NCBI GenBank assembly: GCA_951406725.2
Contig: OX597826.1
Location: 34,410,001-34,474,000 of the forward strand
DNA: 64,000 bases
Direction: 5' to 3'
Source of the DNA: Octopus vulgaris
Lineage: Eukaryota
Position numbers and translations under genes: made by a program. The notes under the pieces are model-generated. The model was not told the origin of the DNA. It searched no databases and was given only the letters and a program-made list of their open reading frames with translations. Shown piece by piece: positions 29,240-44,048 of the stretch (position 1 is its first letter; each line of letters starts with the position of its first letter).

Positions 29240-31771
29240 GTTAAGGCCCTCTCTCAATAGTAGTTCATAAAGACAATTTCTTAGATCAAATCTTTATTTT
29301 GTTATAGTTCTTAAGATGCTACGAAAAGAATAACGTCCTGTAAGTGATGTCAGTTCATACCGGCCAATTTGTACTGTCGTTTTATTATTTCTAAAAAAAA
29401 ATGTAACATGCATGTTAAAATAACGTCGCAAAAATGCAATTGGTAATATCTATTGCCATTTGTGGTTATTGTTTGTTTAAAAGCTGGTTGTTTCCTTTTT
29501 AGGAACTAGAGCTCGAAGTCATTTCAAGATCGATTAGATTTATGCCTCAACTTTACAAAGCTCATTAACCTTATATCAATTATATTCAGCTAATTTATCA
29601 CAACCCAACTTTTGCAGAATGCTGAACTGTGAGCAATGCCACAGGAAAGAAAACTTTGCTCAAATATATATTCTCTACTTACCAAGATGTATTACAATTT
29701 CTCGTTTGTGAGTTCATCAGACTTTATTTGATATATCTCAAAGAGATTTAAGTATGTGCTTTACAGATTTCTATCTCGGAACCGACATTGCCGTATTGGC
29801 TCAGATGAACCAGATTATTTGGCACTGTGGGTAACAAGTCACTTCGACAAAACGTGTCCAGCGACCCATCGGGATATTGAACGAAACCCTGTGTTTTTAA
29901 TACATAAGTCTCTTTGAGAAAATTCTCTGGGGACAAAATATAACAGCTTGTGCTGTTCCACATTTGTATACACAGTATAAATATCATATACACCAGTATT
30001 TTATTTAAAGAAATATTTATAATTGCTTATATTCATATATGCAAAACTAAACCATATCTCTAGTGTATATATCTGGTTCTTCTAAATATTACACAAAATA
30101 CTCTGGAGTTACTAATCGTCGATATCTGGATTACTTTATTTTTGAAATGATAATGAAGGAGGTTTTACAACATGTAATGAAACTATGTATTTCTAAGTGC
30201 CGTAAACCTGTCTTTCTTGTTTATATAAATATCGTTGAAAATAATCTGTCACACTCGAATTATTTTCCTCTTTACTTTTATAGCATTTCTTTACGAGACA
30301 GAGATCATAGAAATTCTCTCTACAAATCAACACAAATTTAATAAAAGTACATTGTGCAACGATTTTTCAAAATTTTCATAAACAAACAAATAAATCTTTT
30401 TTCAGACATCTAAGCAAATACCCAGCCGAGAAGCAAGCCAGTCAGCCATACAGTCAGTCAGCCATACAGTCAGTCAACAATCCAGCCAGCCAACTATTAT
30501 CAATATGATCGTTCGCTGGTCAAATCAGAAAAGTAAAAATTAAGCATTGTTGGGCAAAATTATACATGGCTGAAAATACTAATGAAAATAACAATTTTCG
30601 TGAATATTATTTTGAAATATAGGAAGTATAGTTATTATTTTCTCTAGCGTAAGATTTGACTGCAAAACCGTCATCAGTGGAAATGATGATGATGACGACA
30701 ACAATGACGACGACGACGACGATAATGACGACGACGACAATAAAGATGAGTTGATGAGAGAAAAAAAGAAAAACATCCACAATCGTAGGAGTAAAATCAC
30801 GTATTAAATAACAGTCTAAATTGCTAAAGGTTCGTTGCCAGCACTTAAAAAAGGACGAAACCAATTATAGCTGAAGTTGACTTTGATATTTCGTACAGAA
30901 GATCAATCACATCTATTTTTTTATTTGTTTTTTATCGTTTTTTTTTTCTATTAAAAACAAAACAGGCAAAGTAATCTTCGTAAAAGTTGGTTGATCATGA
31001 TATCGTATGTCATAGATCAAAAGTCCAGTTAGGATTATAAATGCAATGTCGTAAATTGAAACCATATCTAGAATTTCCAAATCCCCTTGGTGACAATTTC
31101 TGCATGAAGTCAATGCAGATATTTTCATAATTGATATAAAACAATAACAAAGATGACAGGTCGAGAGAATGAAATAAAAGGAAAATTAAAGTTTGAATGG
31201 CGACGCCGAATGTGAAAGTAACAAAGGAAAAGCATAGCACAGAAATGTCATTATGATTTATGAACATCTTGAATCACATAGACACGGGCAAATAGATAAA
31301 TTCTTCTATATGCTCAAACATTCCTACTCACACGCAGAAAAGGAATATATCTCAACGTAGTCGCGAAGTCATTTTTGAGATCCTCACGCTATCTTCCCTG
31401 CCGCAACGCTGACAACTCATCGTATTCCCTCCACTATTATTAGCGGTCACTCTGTGTCTTCACGGGACTTGGACGTCCACCAACTGAAAGATTTACCACG
31501 TGTTCTAGCGTTTGCAAAGTCTTACCAGAACACCAGTGCCACTAAATTTTACGGCGCCTTTTTATCATATGGCCTGACCATCTAACTTTCCTCCCTTTTC
31601 AATATTAGCTCGATAATGAAGAATATTGTGAGAAAAATGTTTCTTATGTAGGCATACTTGTCAATGATTTATAGGGACACCGTATTTCATGATACAACTA
31701 TGTATCATGATATTAAATTAGTTATTATGGTGTATTGTTGTGCCATTCAAAACGCATTATCTTTTATATAC

Positions 31772-31803
<32 letters not shown>

Positions 31804-34800
31804 GTATGTGTATATATATGCATGCATATACACACATTTATATTTATACATGTATTGTTGGTCTCACATACGTAGTGTATGTGCTTTGTTTATACGCCCA
31901 TTTGCTGCAGATAAGCGTCCTGTGGAAGCTCTGTACACGGCGCCAAATGTTAAAGAACACTGAAGCCCCAGACCCGTCGACTCAATTCGCCTCGAGATGG
32001 TTGAGAATGATAGCTACCGATATTTCACCAAGTCTGAAACTCACGGTATCATGATCTCGAAACAACTCGAAACGAAATGAATTGTCCTTCTGCGCCATAT
32101 ATAATGGAAATAGTGTGCAATTTATTTGTGGATGTGCTGAGACATAGCAGATGTAGAAAGACTCACTTTAGGAACGTTCAGTGTTCTTTAATATTAGAAA
32201 CTATTTTGTAGCAAATGTGTGCATACACAAAACACATGTACCATGTATGCACCACCGATAATGTTTAAATTATTAGAGGCGCTTTTGTTTCGTAATTTAG
32301 CTTTCGTTTTAGATGTGTTACGACGCAGAACATCAGCAAATGAACTTCGCAGTATTGCATATATATCGCAGGCCAGCAATTCATTTCGTTTCGGGGCGTT
32401 TCAAGCACGTGACCGACGAACCAAAACAATAGCGAAAGGTCAATGTCTATAGCCTCTTGATTATCTTGAGGCTAGTTCTTTCACCTTGTCTTGGACAGTC
32501 AACATGTGTGTGTATGTGTGTGCATGCGTGCGTGCGTGTGTGTGTGTGTGTATGTGTGTGTGTGTGTCTGTGAATGCGTGCGTGCGTGTGTGGTTGTGTG
32601 ATTTTCAGATATTCACAGTCAAAGTTTCCTGTTGCTGAATTACTCCGCATTTATTTAAATTCTCACGCGTAATCAGATCTTTCAGGCTTTCTGTATAAAA
32701 GAAGGGCAGACAGATACAGTGATCCAAATTTCCACAACTAAATAACTTTGCTAAATTTATGTGGAGAATTACTCTTTTGCATTTTTACAAATGAAGCAGT
32801 CGATAAATTCTGATGAGGCTGAACCAAACTCCCGCCCTTATTCGGAAAATTATCTTTAAAGTTGGTATCGATCAATATTTGTAAATTTAAACTTGACAAC
32901 TATCAGAGATCAAGGCAGTGGAATTTAAGGACATTTAATTATGAGGACAGGTAATATCTGCAGAGATGACATTAAGTAATTTATAAAACCAACAAAGGAT
33001 GCCAGCCCTTTAATTATAACTCTACAATCATATGAATTAATGCCGTAGTTGGTTTCCTTTCATAGCAGCGTATTTTTGTAAAATCTCGGCCCAAATGCGA
33101 GAGATAATTCATTTGAAATTGATTAGGTTGATAATGATGTATTATTTACACTGAAATCCTTTTAGATTTTCTTCAAGGACCGCAAAGGAAAAAATATGAA
33201 GTTTTAATTTTTCAGGGTTTCTTAGTCTACTTGGGGGAATAATGAAATTCATCATATATGCGGAGAAGTCTGGTCCAAAGGCCTACAGCTTTCGTTAAAT
33301 ACTCCCAAGGACCAAGTGGTGAACGTTGAGTCAGGGAACGGATAAAGTCTATTACCAAAGAATTCAAAACCTAAAGAGTCTTTCTCCTTAAGTTCTAAAA
33401 ATTCTGACAATACCCTGTCCAGGGTGGTATTTCAGTAAATTAACTCCGAATATGTGTGCTGTTGGTCTCAGTGAGATTTGATCTTAAAGCGAGGCCAAAA
33501 TATTATAATGTAATTTCCCTAAACTCTAATGAGTCTGCCAATTTGCCATTGAATAATGCTTGCTGTCATGAAATATATTGAATGCAGTCAGATAAATTGA
33601 CTACCGTTTTTACGAGCACTTATTGTAGCAAACCACGGGAGATGGGTTTGATGTAATATGTCCTTCTAGAGGGAATTAACTTAGAATATAGTGTGATAAA
33701 ACAGAAAGCTATAAGAAATATTGTTTGTTAAGCGACCATTTTTGACACTAAATATTAAATCATAAGAATATAAATAGTAGATAAGATAATAACCGTTTGT
33801 TAATGATCAACTTAAAATAAATATTTCCATCTAACCTACACAATTTTCTTTTTCAGAAAATATTCACATAATAAAATGTTGGTTATCTGCCAATCTATGG
33901 CTTTTTATGGTTGTATCTGACTCTGTCCCCAGTTCCAACGAATTTTGTCATATCTGCAAGAGTCATTTTATTACATTTTATTACCTGTATATCTGCTATG
34001 TCATATCTCCCATGTTATAAACCAATGTGTTATCTTTTATGTTATATTTATTATATTAACAATTTTTTTATTGATCTGAAAACTCTAGCTATCTAGGAAT
34101 TTATTGTCCTCCTTTTCTCAACGTTGTTCTGTTGTGCTCAAAGACGTAACACACTCTCAGCTCAAATATTTCCGCTTCTGCCTCACCGCAAAGCTTGTGT
34201 AACAACTGAGAAGATTTTGGTAAGTTTGATGTATGTTCACAGTGTTCAATTAGTATGACATAAAGGTCTTCCATGCTAGGTTTCCCCGCGATTCAGATGA
34301 AGAACAGAAAAATAAAAATTAAATTACTGTCGGAAAATCCAATTGCTTCATCGTGTTTATTAATTTTAGTCTGTGAGGCATGATGGAGGATAGATTAAAG
34401 TGATTGATATCCCAATGAAGATGTAATGTGACCAAATAAATTAATTTCAATCAATACTTAATCATATTTTAACCAGGTTCATGGGAAAAAAAATTGGAAA
34501 CGGAGAGTCTAAATCACTGATTCTCATTAAAGGTTTGACTAGATTGAAAAGGGGCGGACAAATTGCTATAGTTAATAAAATTTAGATGTTTTTATACATT
34601 TTTGAACATGTCAAACGCCCTGATGAGGAATAAAAAATTATAGGGATGCAAATACTGTTTTGTGTTTTCGTGAATAAAACAGAGAGGAGAGAATTTCGTT
34701 TTTATCCTGGCGATGGGAAGCTGGTATTAGTCTGAGTGAGAACCAGTGATTTAGAAAGTCTACCAGGATATTCCAGTCCTTGAAAGAAATCAATAAATCT

Positions 34801-37800
34801 TGGGCCTGTTCTATTGCTTTGGATAATGTCTCTCGAAATAAACACCAGATATATATGCTCTACGGCATGACTCCGCTTCTATACTCACTACTCAGTATTA
34901 ATTCTTCAAATATATTTCACAGTGAAATATGTTCACTATTTAAATAGTTTAATTTCTATATACTATCATTTAAATATAGCAATATATGTTATGCAGCAAT
35001 TCATGCATGGCCGTCGGGTTATGAAGCCCTTAGAATGTATTTAAGCTTGTGCCTTACCCCACCGCTTGAAATTGATTATTGTTTGATTACGTCACCGAAA
35101 CACAGCGTTACAATTACAGAGTGCGATAAAATAGGTGCAAGGCTTTTCAAAAATAAATACCGGGAACAATTTCCTTGAATGAAATTCTTTCAAACAGTTC
35201 CCTAGTATGGCTGAAGTCCACTGACTCAAATAAGAGGAAAGACCTACTTTAATACGTGAGGTATGTTATACTCAGAGTGTTTTGATAGGGCAAGCTATGG
35301 TATGTTAAAACACCCTACAATAATGACAAATTTATGACAACACACACTTTGTAAAATATATACTCGATGTTGGAAGCGAAAATATATGTAAAAGAAAAAA
35401 AAGACGATCAAATGTTCTACAAGCTATCATTTATTATAATTTGTGCAAGTGTGAGCCAGTACAACTGTTACAGAGAAAGTTTCAGGTTCGATTCTTATCT
35501 CAGTATACTTTATCCCCGCCATTTTCATACTAGATATCCTTACCTTTATTTCTTCTTTAACAGCGATTTCTCAGCAACACGCATCTCTTTTCCGTCCAGT
35601 TGATCTCTCTCACTGTCCGATTTGTCCAGCCTCACTTCCAAATATCTTATAAATTTATGAAATATAATATATTGTTCATTACATCGGTTGTATATTATCT
35701 TCTGACATAAGATTTTCAAATAAATCGCCGAAAAAATAATATGTAATACTTAAGATTAAACTTTCGAAATGAAAAGCAGATTGACTCAATATATTTTTCA
35801 TAAATTTCTTTCATTGCTGCAATATTCTTCAGACTTGTAATATCTTTCCATGATGATATTTCAAAATGATTTTCATTTAGATTTTTCGGATATACTCAAG
35901 GAGAAAAAACAACAATATTTTATAATTTATAAATATATATATATTATATGTATGTGTGCGTGCCAGTGTGTAATTTTCTGTCTATGTATACGACTTACTC
36001 AGTACTTACATCTATGCAACATATTCACACATATATACACACATGCACACACACAGAGGCATACGTGCAAACTCGCACACACACACACATATGTATAGAA
36101 AGTGCCTGTGTGCGTGAAAGAGAGAAAGAAAGAGGAAATATATATATATATATATATATATACATACATACATACATATATAAAGTAACATATATATGGA
36201 CAAAAACAATGTGAAATTTATGTCCTCCCACATTTGAAACTCAAAGAAGCACGTGTTCTTATACGTACACACAATTACATATACAATATCGCTACAAAGG
36301 GCATGTAAAGTTATAAGCCTCTTTCCTTTCTATTCAATTCAAACTACGTTTTTTGAACAAAAATTACACACTGGCTGTACAGATTCCCCCAGATCGCATC
36401 GACAATTTCCTCTTAGGTCTTCGTGTTGCCTTAACTTTGTCTCAATACAAGGATACACACTGTTTGCCATCTCAGAGTTACAGCACTCAGAAATTAACTT
36501 TTTCCTATCAAACCAAGATTTTGCCATATTTTGATGTACAAAACATAAGATTTATCTACATTATAGTTAGAAAACGTTTATGGTTATAGACATCAGGTGT
36601 ACGGCCATGCATTCTGAATAATTTATAAGAAACTTTTTCAGAGATAAGAGATAAGATATCTAAGTTAAACGGATTATAATTAGAATTCAAGTTCGATTCC
36701 TATACAGAGTATGTGTGTGAACGAATCCCTTGTAAGTGGAGTTATGGAGTCTGATACGGTATACAACACACACACACACAAAGTATACATACATGAAACT
36801 AATTAGCAAGAGATAACTGTGAAGTAGATAAATGGAAAGAATGAATCGCAAATATAATGATAGGAAGAAAATATGCTTTAGGTATCTTCCAGTTCTCTCC
36901 TAGAATCTCTAAATTTTTCTGTCTTACGCGATTTTTCAGTCTGTACAGAAAAGATATCTTTTAATGTTTTGCATTAAATTAACTTTTAAGTTTGCGTTTG
37001 ATAGTGTGTGTACCTGTCTTCTTCCATATTTCCTGACGATAATCTCTGTCCATTTTGAAAACTCAACCTTAGTAATTGAATAAAGATTGATTAAATATGT
37101 AGGTATCTGAAATAAGTGTTGAGGTTGCTATGAACGACCACAACTCTTGGAGGTTTGCCCGTCTATAACGTGTATTCAACTGTAAAACATATATTTGTAA
37201 TAATAGACTGTTTGTGTGGCGTAGTGTTTGGATTATCTAACGAAAGAAAGATTGGAGTGGGCAAGGACTATGAATGTTTGTTAGCTCTTCGTGTGGGGGT
37301 AGTTGTAAATGCACGTTATTCGAAGGGTGGAAATTTGTGATTAGTTAAATGGAAACAAATTTATTTCTGCCGCTCTAATATATGTAACCAGTTCTGAAAC
37401 TGTACTCTCGTCTTTACGGGAGGGACCGCAGACAATAACTTTTAAATGAGAAGATACATTACGCCACATTAAAGAGAAAATAAGTATGTTCCGAATTATT
37501 TAGTTTCATCAGCTATTGATATTTGATTGATCTGGTCAGGGAGAGCTATCTAGACTTTGCTCAAGGGCAACAAAACTAGTAACAGCAAGCGTAAATGAAG
37601 TGTTTTTGCTATTTCATTACATATCTTACTGAATGGATATCTACCTGCATTTTGTTTCAGAGAAATTGCTTTGCTAAACAGAGATCAATCACTTTTAATT
37701 TACTTCTCTGTTTCCGCTGTGGAATCAATCAATTATTGAAGTCTGTTTTCACTATTATCATTGATTCCCTTATACCCGTTCTTAATTCTAATCGCTGCCT

Positions 37801-38164
37801 CACACCTTCGCTCTTCATTCTTTGGCAATAGCCAATAACAGAGAGTTGCAACTGGCTGAGTAAAAATGGTAAACTGATCAATGCTTAACTCTTTCCTATT
37901 AATGGTGGAGTGCAACAATCATTCACAAAATATTTAACTCTAACTAACTCAATGCAGTAAACAGAAGATAGGCATCATAGTAGGTACGTCTTGAAAGAGA
38001 CGCGAGGTTATAATCTACAATTTGAAAGAAACCTCTACAAATAACTGCTAAATTCCTTTTAAAGTATCCACCCCAGTCTTGGGAAGGAATACATCAGTCT
38101 ATTTGGTCAGTACATTATTCTTTCTTGAACATAACGTATCCATTGTTGAAATGGCAACGATAAT

Positions 38165-38633
38165 CATTTCTCCAATAGGCACAAGGCCTGAAATGTGTGG
38201 AGACGGGAATAATCAATTACATCGACCCCTCACTCAACTGGTAATTATTTTATCGACCCCGAGAGGATGAGAGGCAAAGTCTACCTCGGAGGAATTTGAA
38301 CTCAGTACGTGAAGACGGACGAAATACCGCTGAGCATTTTACCCAACGTGGTAACGATTCTGCCAGCTCACCGCTTTACTGCCCCACTGCCAAGTCGCAG
38401 CCCCGCTGCCCGGTCGCCGCCCCGCTGCCATGTTGCCGCCCCGCTTCCAGGTCACCGTCCCGCTGCCAGGTCACCACCCCGTTGCCAGTTTACCGCCCCG
38501 CTGCCTGGTCGCCATCCCACTGCCAGGTCACCCCCCCGCTGCCCGGTCGCCGCCCCGATGCCAGGTCGCCGCCCCGATCCCCGGTCGCCGCTCCGCTGCC
38601 AGCTTGCTGCCCTGTTATCAGCTCGCCACTCTT
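38165..38633 (-). mobile_element. SINE family B insertion with a 5' minisatellite, bounded by a 15-bp TSD
   Basis: SINE body 38165-38375; flanks AATGGCAACGATAAT (38150-38164) and AATGGCAATAATAAT (38634-38648). Confidence 0.82.
38382..38628. repeat. GC-rich minisatellite, 13 x 19 bp (consensus CCCCGCTGCCAGGTCGCCG)
   Basis: Exact 19-bp period without indels; explains the three overlapping P/R-rich ORFs. Confidence 0.95.
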
Positions 38634-41236
38634 AATGGCAATAATAATGAGCATGCATGATCAGAACCTGGTGCGACCTACACAACAACGGCAAAAACAA
38701 CAATAGTCTCAACTAGTCCGCCTTGCCACAAAGCTTGCTAGAGATAGAAGCCATGTATCCACAAAATCACACACTATCATTTTAAGATGAAAGAAAATTC
38801 ACACATGCTGTAATCCTAATTACCCATAGAAAATGGAGTGATCGTTACGCGTGGAATGTCTTTGATGATAAATCTTTCTATTTTAGGTTGGCGAAGAGTT
38901 CAACAACAACAATAACGTGAACAACAGTTTAAAACGATTCTCTGTGTCTCTCTAGCTTCGAGTCCATTTTCACATAACTAATTGCCAGACAAGAATTTCC
39001 AATGAGGTTGATCAGCATCGCTTTCAATGTTAGGCCAGTTTCGCTATATAAGCTTCATATAATGTCTGCCTGATGACAGTTTATTCGACAATAAACAGAT
39101 GAAGTACAAATATCCACTACCAAGGCGAAGCTTTACTTTAATGTAAGGAATATCATGATGACTATATTAAACACACACAAGCACCACATTTACTGGAGGA
39201 TTATGCTTGCTGAGAATATATAAGCTGTTTCTTTCATCGATTTCGGTTTCCAGTGTGGTTTTCTGTCAATTAATGACACTTCTTTTCATAACAGTGATTT
39301 TTCCCCATTGCTGTATATAATGTTAATCTTTTCATCTTATCAAACCTCAATTCACAATTCTCCATTCATACCTTCTTACAGTCGTTGATAATTGAGCTTT
39401 TAATCATTGCACAACTGGCCATTCTATTGATGTTGTTTTCATTTAATATTACCTGACCTTTTACCGTCTATGCCAGTAACGTTAATGGAATCTATTACGA
39501 CATTAACTATTAAATATATGTGACAGATTCTAACTTTGGTTTATGAGGTTTTGTGTAAACTATTCCTTATTTTGGATCAAATTCTATGAAACCTTAACTC
39601 ACAGGAATATTATTTTCTGTGTCAGGCTATTATTGTGTAAAATATTTTTACTTATTGCTATAACCTATTCGTTGTTATTGTTTAAGAAACCTTTTCTTTA
39701 TGTTCTTTTGGAAAAAAATGTCCATTAACATACAAAATATAGGATAGATTGGTCTTCTAAAAGAAAATACATCAACTGCCATTTTAAATGCGGAAATCAC
39801 AGAAATATTGCTGCTACAGTTATTGACATGAGGTGAAAATGATATTGGTCTAATCTTAACGGAATTAATGGAACTCTTCTAGAGTTGTCATCTAAGAGTT
39901 CCTTCAATTACGATCAAAATCAATAAACATTTCATTAATTGCTGTTGGTTAAAGACCTATTCATCAAAGTGGCCATTTTCTGCTGCAGAATCTACTTGGA
40001 TAAGCAGGTCAGAAGGATATCAAATATTCCATATTTTCTAATATCAACAGATGATTATCTTTGAGAAATTCTCATCAATGTTATAATATTCACTCTCTAC
40101 TGGTTTCCTTTAAACGGTGTACAGTGTTTATATTACTCTGTAATACAACTTGTTACTATACATTAATACAACATAAGCCACCAGGGCCCATTAAGCCAGG
40201 CGTTATTTCCAACTTTAGCCAAGGTTTTCCAGAAGTGATATGATTTCGCCTTGTTCTCTACTCTTGTTTTTATATTATTTCTTCCTAATTAGAGTAGCAG
40301 AAATAATGAAACTAAATATTGCATAAGATACAGAGTACCCGAGCGCAACAATAAATTACGTGCAATGCAATGAAACTTCCATAGTAAAACAATCCATAAC
40401 CCATAAAGTGGTACCCAAATCCGTTAACATCTCAACTATGACTTTTCTATATATTCACAATAAGGATTAATTATAGCGATCATTTTATCTCGGTGAAATA
40501 TACTTACTATCTATTTCATATTAATTCCATTATTTATTTGAAAAGACAGTGACGTCTGCTGAGAAGAAACGGATATAGATTACGAACAAGTTGCGTCATT
40601 TGCCTATGTACGTCTATAATTGCACATTATACGAAATAACATACTCAGAGATTTCAGGCAACACTTGCTTTTAAAAAATAATATATCCGTTGATATAAAG
40701 GAATATATTTCTCTTTTGCAAATTACTAAGCGAGTAAGTAGCCATTTTATCTGTTCACAATGTCACTGTTCCTATAACCTCTCTTAGTAAACTGGATTGG
40801 TTATGTAACATATTCCTGGCGGCTAGTTCCATATATAAATTACTGATTAGAGTTTGGTTACAATAGTAGATGCTACTTAAAATTTTTCGAATGTTTTTTA
40901 AAAATGTAAAGAGGATATTCCATCGCTGATACAAAGAAATATTTTGTAGATCAGTATAGCATTTTAAACATTACATTTAAAACATTTGCACCCTTAATGA
41001 ACTTAGTGACTGAACTGAGGTTTTTTGGCAAATCGGTTTGATTATTTTACTAAGGGTTTCACAATTGTAGGTTTTAGAATTAGTAACTTTGTGGACGGAT
41101 AAAGAAGTTACTAAAGACATCTCAAGGCAGGGCGGAAATTATGTCCCTTAAGCCCTGTTCATTTACTTAAAAATTCTAGATTGCTGCATATGTCTACACA
41201 AGCTGGATTTGCTAAAACTATCTCTCGGTCTCTCTG

Positions 41237-41267
<31 letters not shown>

Positions 41268-41369
41268 CCAATCTATCCGCCCTTTCTCTCTATATGTATA
41301 TATATATATATATATCATTCAGTATATGTGTGTGTGCTCGTGCGTGCGTGTGTGTAAGTATATGTATCG

Positions 41370-42052
41370 ATAGCACATCAATGAACTTGTCACTTCTCAT
41401 ATGCGATGCTTGCGTACTCCAACATAAAACTGAGGGACCATATTCATAACAGTGTGCTACAAACGAAAAGCAACATATCAGGTATTGAAGCCATCCGCAT
41501 CAAAATACAGCTTAGATTGTCAGGTCATCTCTCACGTATGAGTGATATCAGAATTCCGAAGCAACTTATCTTTGGACAATTCCCAGCAGGAAGCTCAGTT
41601 GAAAGGTGCTTCAAAGACAAATTAATTAGAATCTAAAGCGATGCAACATTCTATTTTCTTGCTGCTAAAACAAAATTTCAGAACACAGGACCTGGCATTT
41701 GCCCTGAATCTCCTCATTTCAAATATTTGAGTAAAGTCGACTACATAATGAAGACAAATTTCGTGCAAGCATGAAGACACGATGGCAAACCACTGGTCCT
41801 CCAAATTGAAACCTTACCTGTCGTTGTGGTTTTTTTTGGCACGAACCAAAGCAGGCCTTGGCGTCCACTCAAGAAAACACATAGTAAATTATCCACAAGC
41901 ACTCGAGAAGCCTGAGTTCTCAAATTGTTCCATTTTCCAAAAGGTTTGCAAAGAACCAGATGCCTCAAGCGACACATTTGTGTCTATAGAACATGATTAC
42001 TGCTTTATTTTACTGAACCCCCATTTGTCGTTAACGACGAGAGAATCCATCA
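41370..42052 (+). mobile_element. Decayed RTE-clade LINE 3' end
   Basis: HINELVTSHMRCLR..IKLRDHIHN..SGIEAIRIKIQLRLSGHLSRMSDIRIPKQLIFGQ..RCFKDKL (RTE post-RT consensus QLRWxGHxxRMxDxRIPK); decayed C2H2-like ARTKAGLGVHSRKH; stops and frameshifts. Confidence 0.85.
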
Positions 42053-42063
42053 TATATATATAT

Positions 42064-42115
<52 letters not shown>

Positions 42116-44007
42116 ACTGTATATCAGAGCACAACTTTGAGCTGAAACACTGCTGTTCATGCACCAATACAATATAAGTCAATAACTGCACAGCCACTAA
42201 GATTTTTAACTTCAACGGTCACAGTTATTTCCTTATCCATAGGTTCAAAGAGATTTTGCCTGCTTTGTGAGTTTATAATCTTATTGTTACTGCTTCCTCC
42301 CAAATCAGCTTAATCGAGAAAACTTGTTACGAAAACCATTGCAGTAATAACCATTCGATTTTATTGTATATTTATAAATTGTATATTTGAGACAATATAT
42401 TTTATAATGCACCCTTCTATTTAAGTTTTTAGTGAGTGGGTTTTAGAGGGATTTGGCTGCTAGTTCAGATAGATTGAGCAATCACATACTTGGTTTCCCC
42501 GTTCATACGATGATTGAATTATACTGTATAACATGGTACATTAAATAGCAAATGTCTCCATTGAACCAATGAATCATAAAATGATGTTAAACAACGGCAA
42601 CATCAAAAATGAGACGGAAATATGTGGCTAGACCTACAGTTTAATGTCATTAAGTAGATTATAAGGCATTAACCTGGATACGATGCCAGTCGTTTTCAAG
42701 TCTTAGAAAATTTCTTAGAAAATCTCATTTTTTCTTGCAGCAGTTTGTGAAATCTGGCATGTAGAATTAAGTGAGCAGTCAATGGAGACGTCAAAATGTC
42801 TACTACAGTTTTCTAATGATATTTTATCATCTTTATGAATATTACTCCATTCACTTCAATATAGAAATCTAAGAGACTGAACATTGCTAAAGGTGGTCTC
42901 TCGGTAAATATAATAAAATAAACTATTCAACCTTTTACCATTATGTAAATGAGGAATAATGTCAGTTATAAGAATAGTTTGCATTTGGTAAGAAGCCTTC
43001 TTCTACAATCAATGGCAGTTTCAAAATGAGAATAAATGTCGCATTTTAAAGCAGAATATATCCACAAACAGTTGAGCAACTCCTAAATTGATAAATCTTG
43101 ATATCTCCTGGTGGTTCTCTTCCCATCCCAAATTTTCGGAAATACCTCTCAGGCGCTTAATTCCGCACCAACACAATATATGATTGGTTATGTATATGTA
43201 TCTAGCTTTCATTCTGTATATGGTGCTATCAAAATTGCTGCAAGCATAAGATTACGATGAGCAACGTCGAAATCTCATCGAAGATGGAGGTCCAAGAATA
43301 TGTTCAATGCCCTGCATTATTGCTGCTATTGTTACTGTGTACTGAGGTGGTGTTGGTTGTTTTTGTTATTACTGTTTAGCATCAGATCGGCCCTCGTTAA
43401 ATAGCACCTATAGATCAAAGATAATCCTAATCTAATATTTCCAGCATTTATTCAAGAATAATTTACCTACGATTATATTGTGCATTGTCATCGGCTTTTG
43501 TTTTCACAGGAATTCACCTCCGATTTAAGGAAAATATGTTTGCTATATTTAACATTATATACAACTACACCGAGCTTCCTTTCTTGTCCCGATAACGATA
43601 CCAGTAATTCTACCATGTGAATGATACAAATGTCACAACTTCACACATTCATTCTCTACTTCATTGGATTTCATTGAATTATTATGCTGTCCTACTTTCT
43701 TTCATACAATCCGCATTCGCCTGATGAATATGGCATTCCATTGGCTGACATTTCTTTGTAACTAAAAGTTCTCGTTAGCCTAATGTGATGACTATTTATC
43801 TATCTAGCTATCTGTCTGTTTGCCTATATACATATTTCAATCGCGCGCACACACACACACAGAATATGAGCTTGAAACAGCGTGCGTGTATGTTAAATTA
43901 ATTCCATCTTGGCAAGTTTCGGCACATACCACCAAATATATATTTTGCTGTTTTCTATATGTAGGAACAGAATTATCAACTCAACTATACATGACTCAGG
44001 ATTATCA

Positions 44008-44048
44008 ACCAATGAAAAGGCGAAATCCCGCCGAAACATTTTGTCTAG
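44008..44048 (+). ncRNA. Degenerate hammerhead-like motif (A8-type core)
   Basis: ATGAAAA-GGCG(AAATCC)CGCC-GAAA-CA(TTT)TG-TC-TAG; helices II and III intact, GUC site, but position 3 and helix I mismatched. Confidence 0.45.

Noticed and set aside
29686-29724. Minus-strand CTGATGA...GAAA hammerhead-like match
   Set aside because: Helix II closing pair and helix I do not pair; could be chance.
34144-34219. Possible plus-strand exon ending at TTG/GTAAGT
   Set aside because: Good donor but weak acceptor and an unrecognisable peptide; needs RNA-seq.
38296-38706. Pro/Arg-rich ORFs, or a CRISPR-like array
   Set aside because: All three frames are open because of a 19-bp GC repeat; units are contiguous with no spacers and no cas genes.
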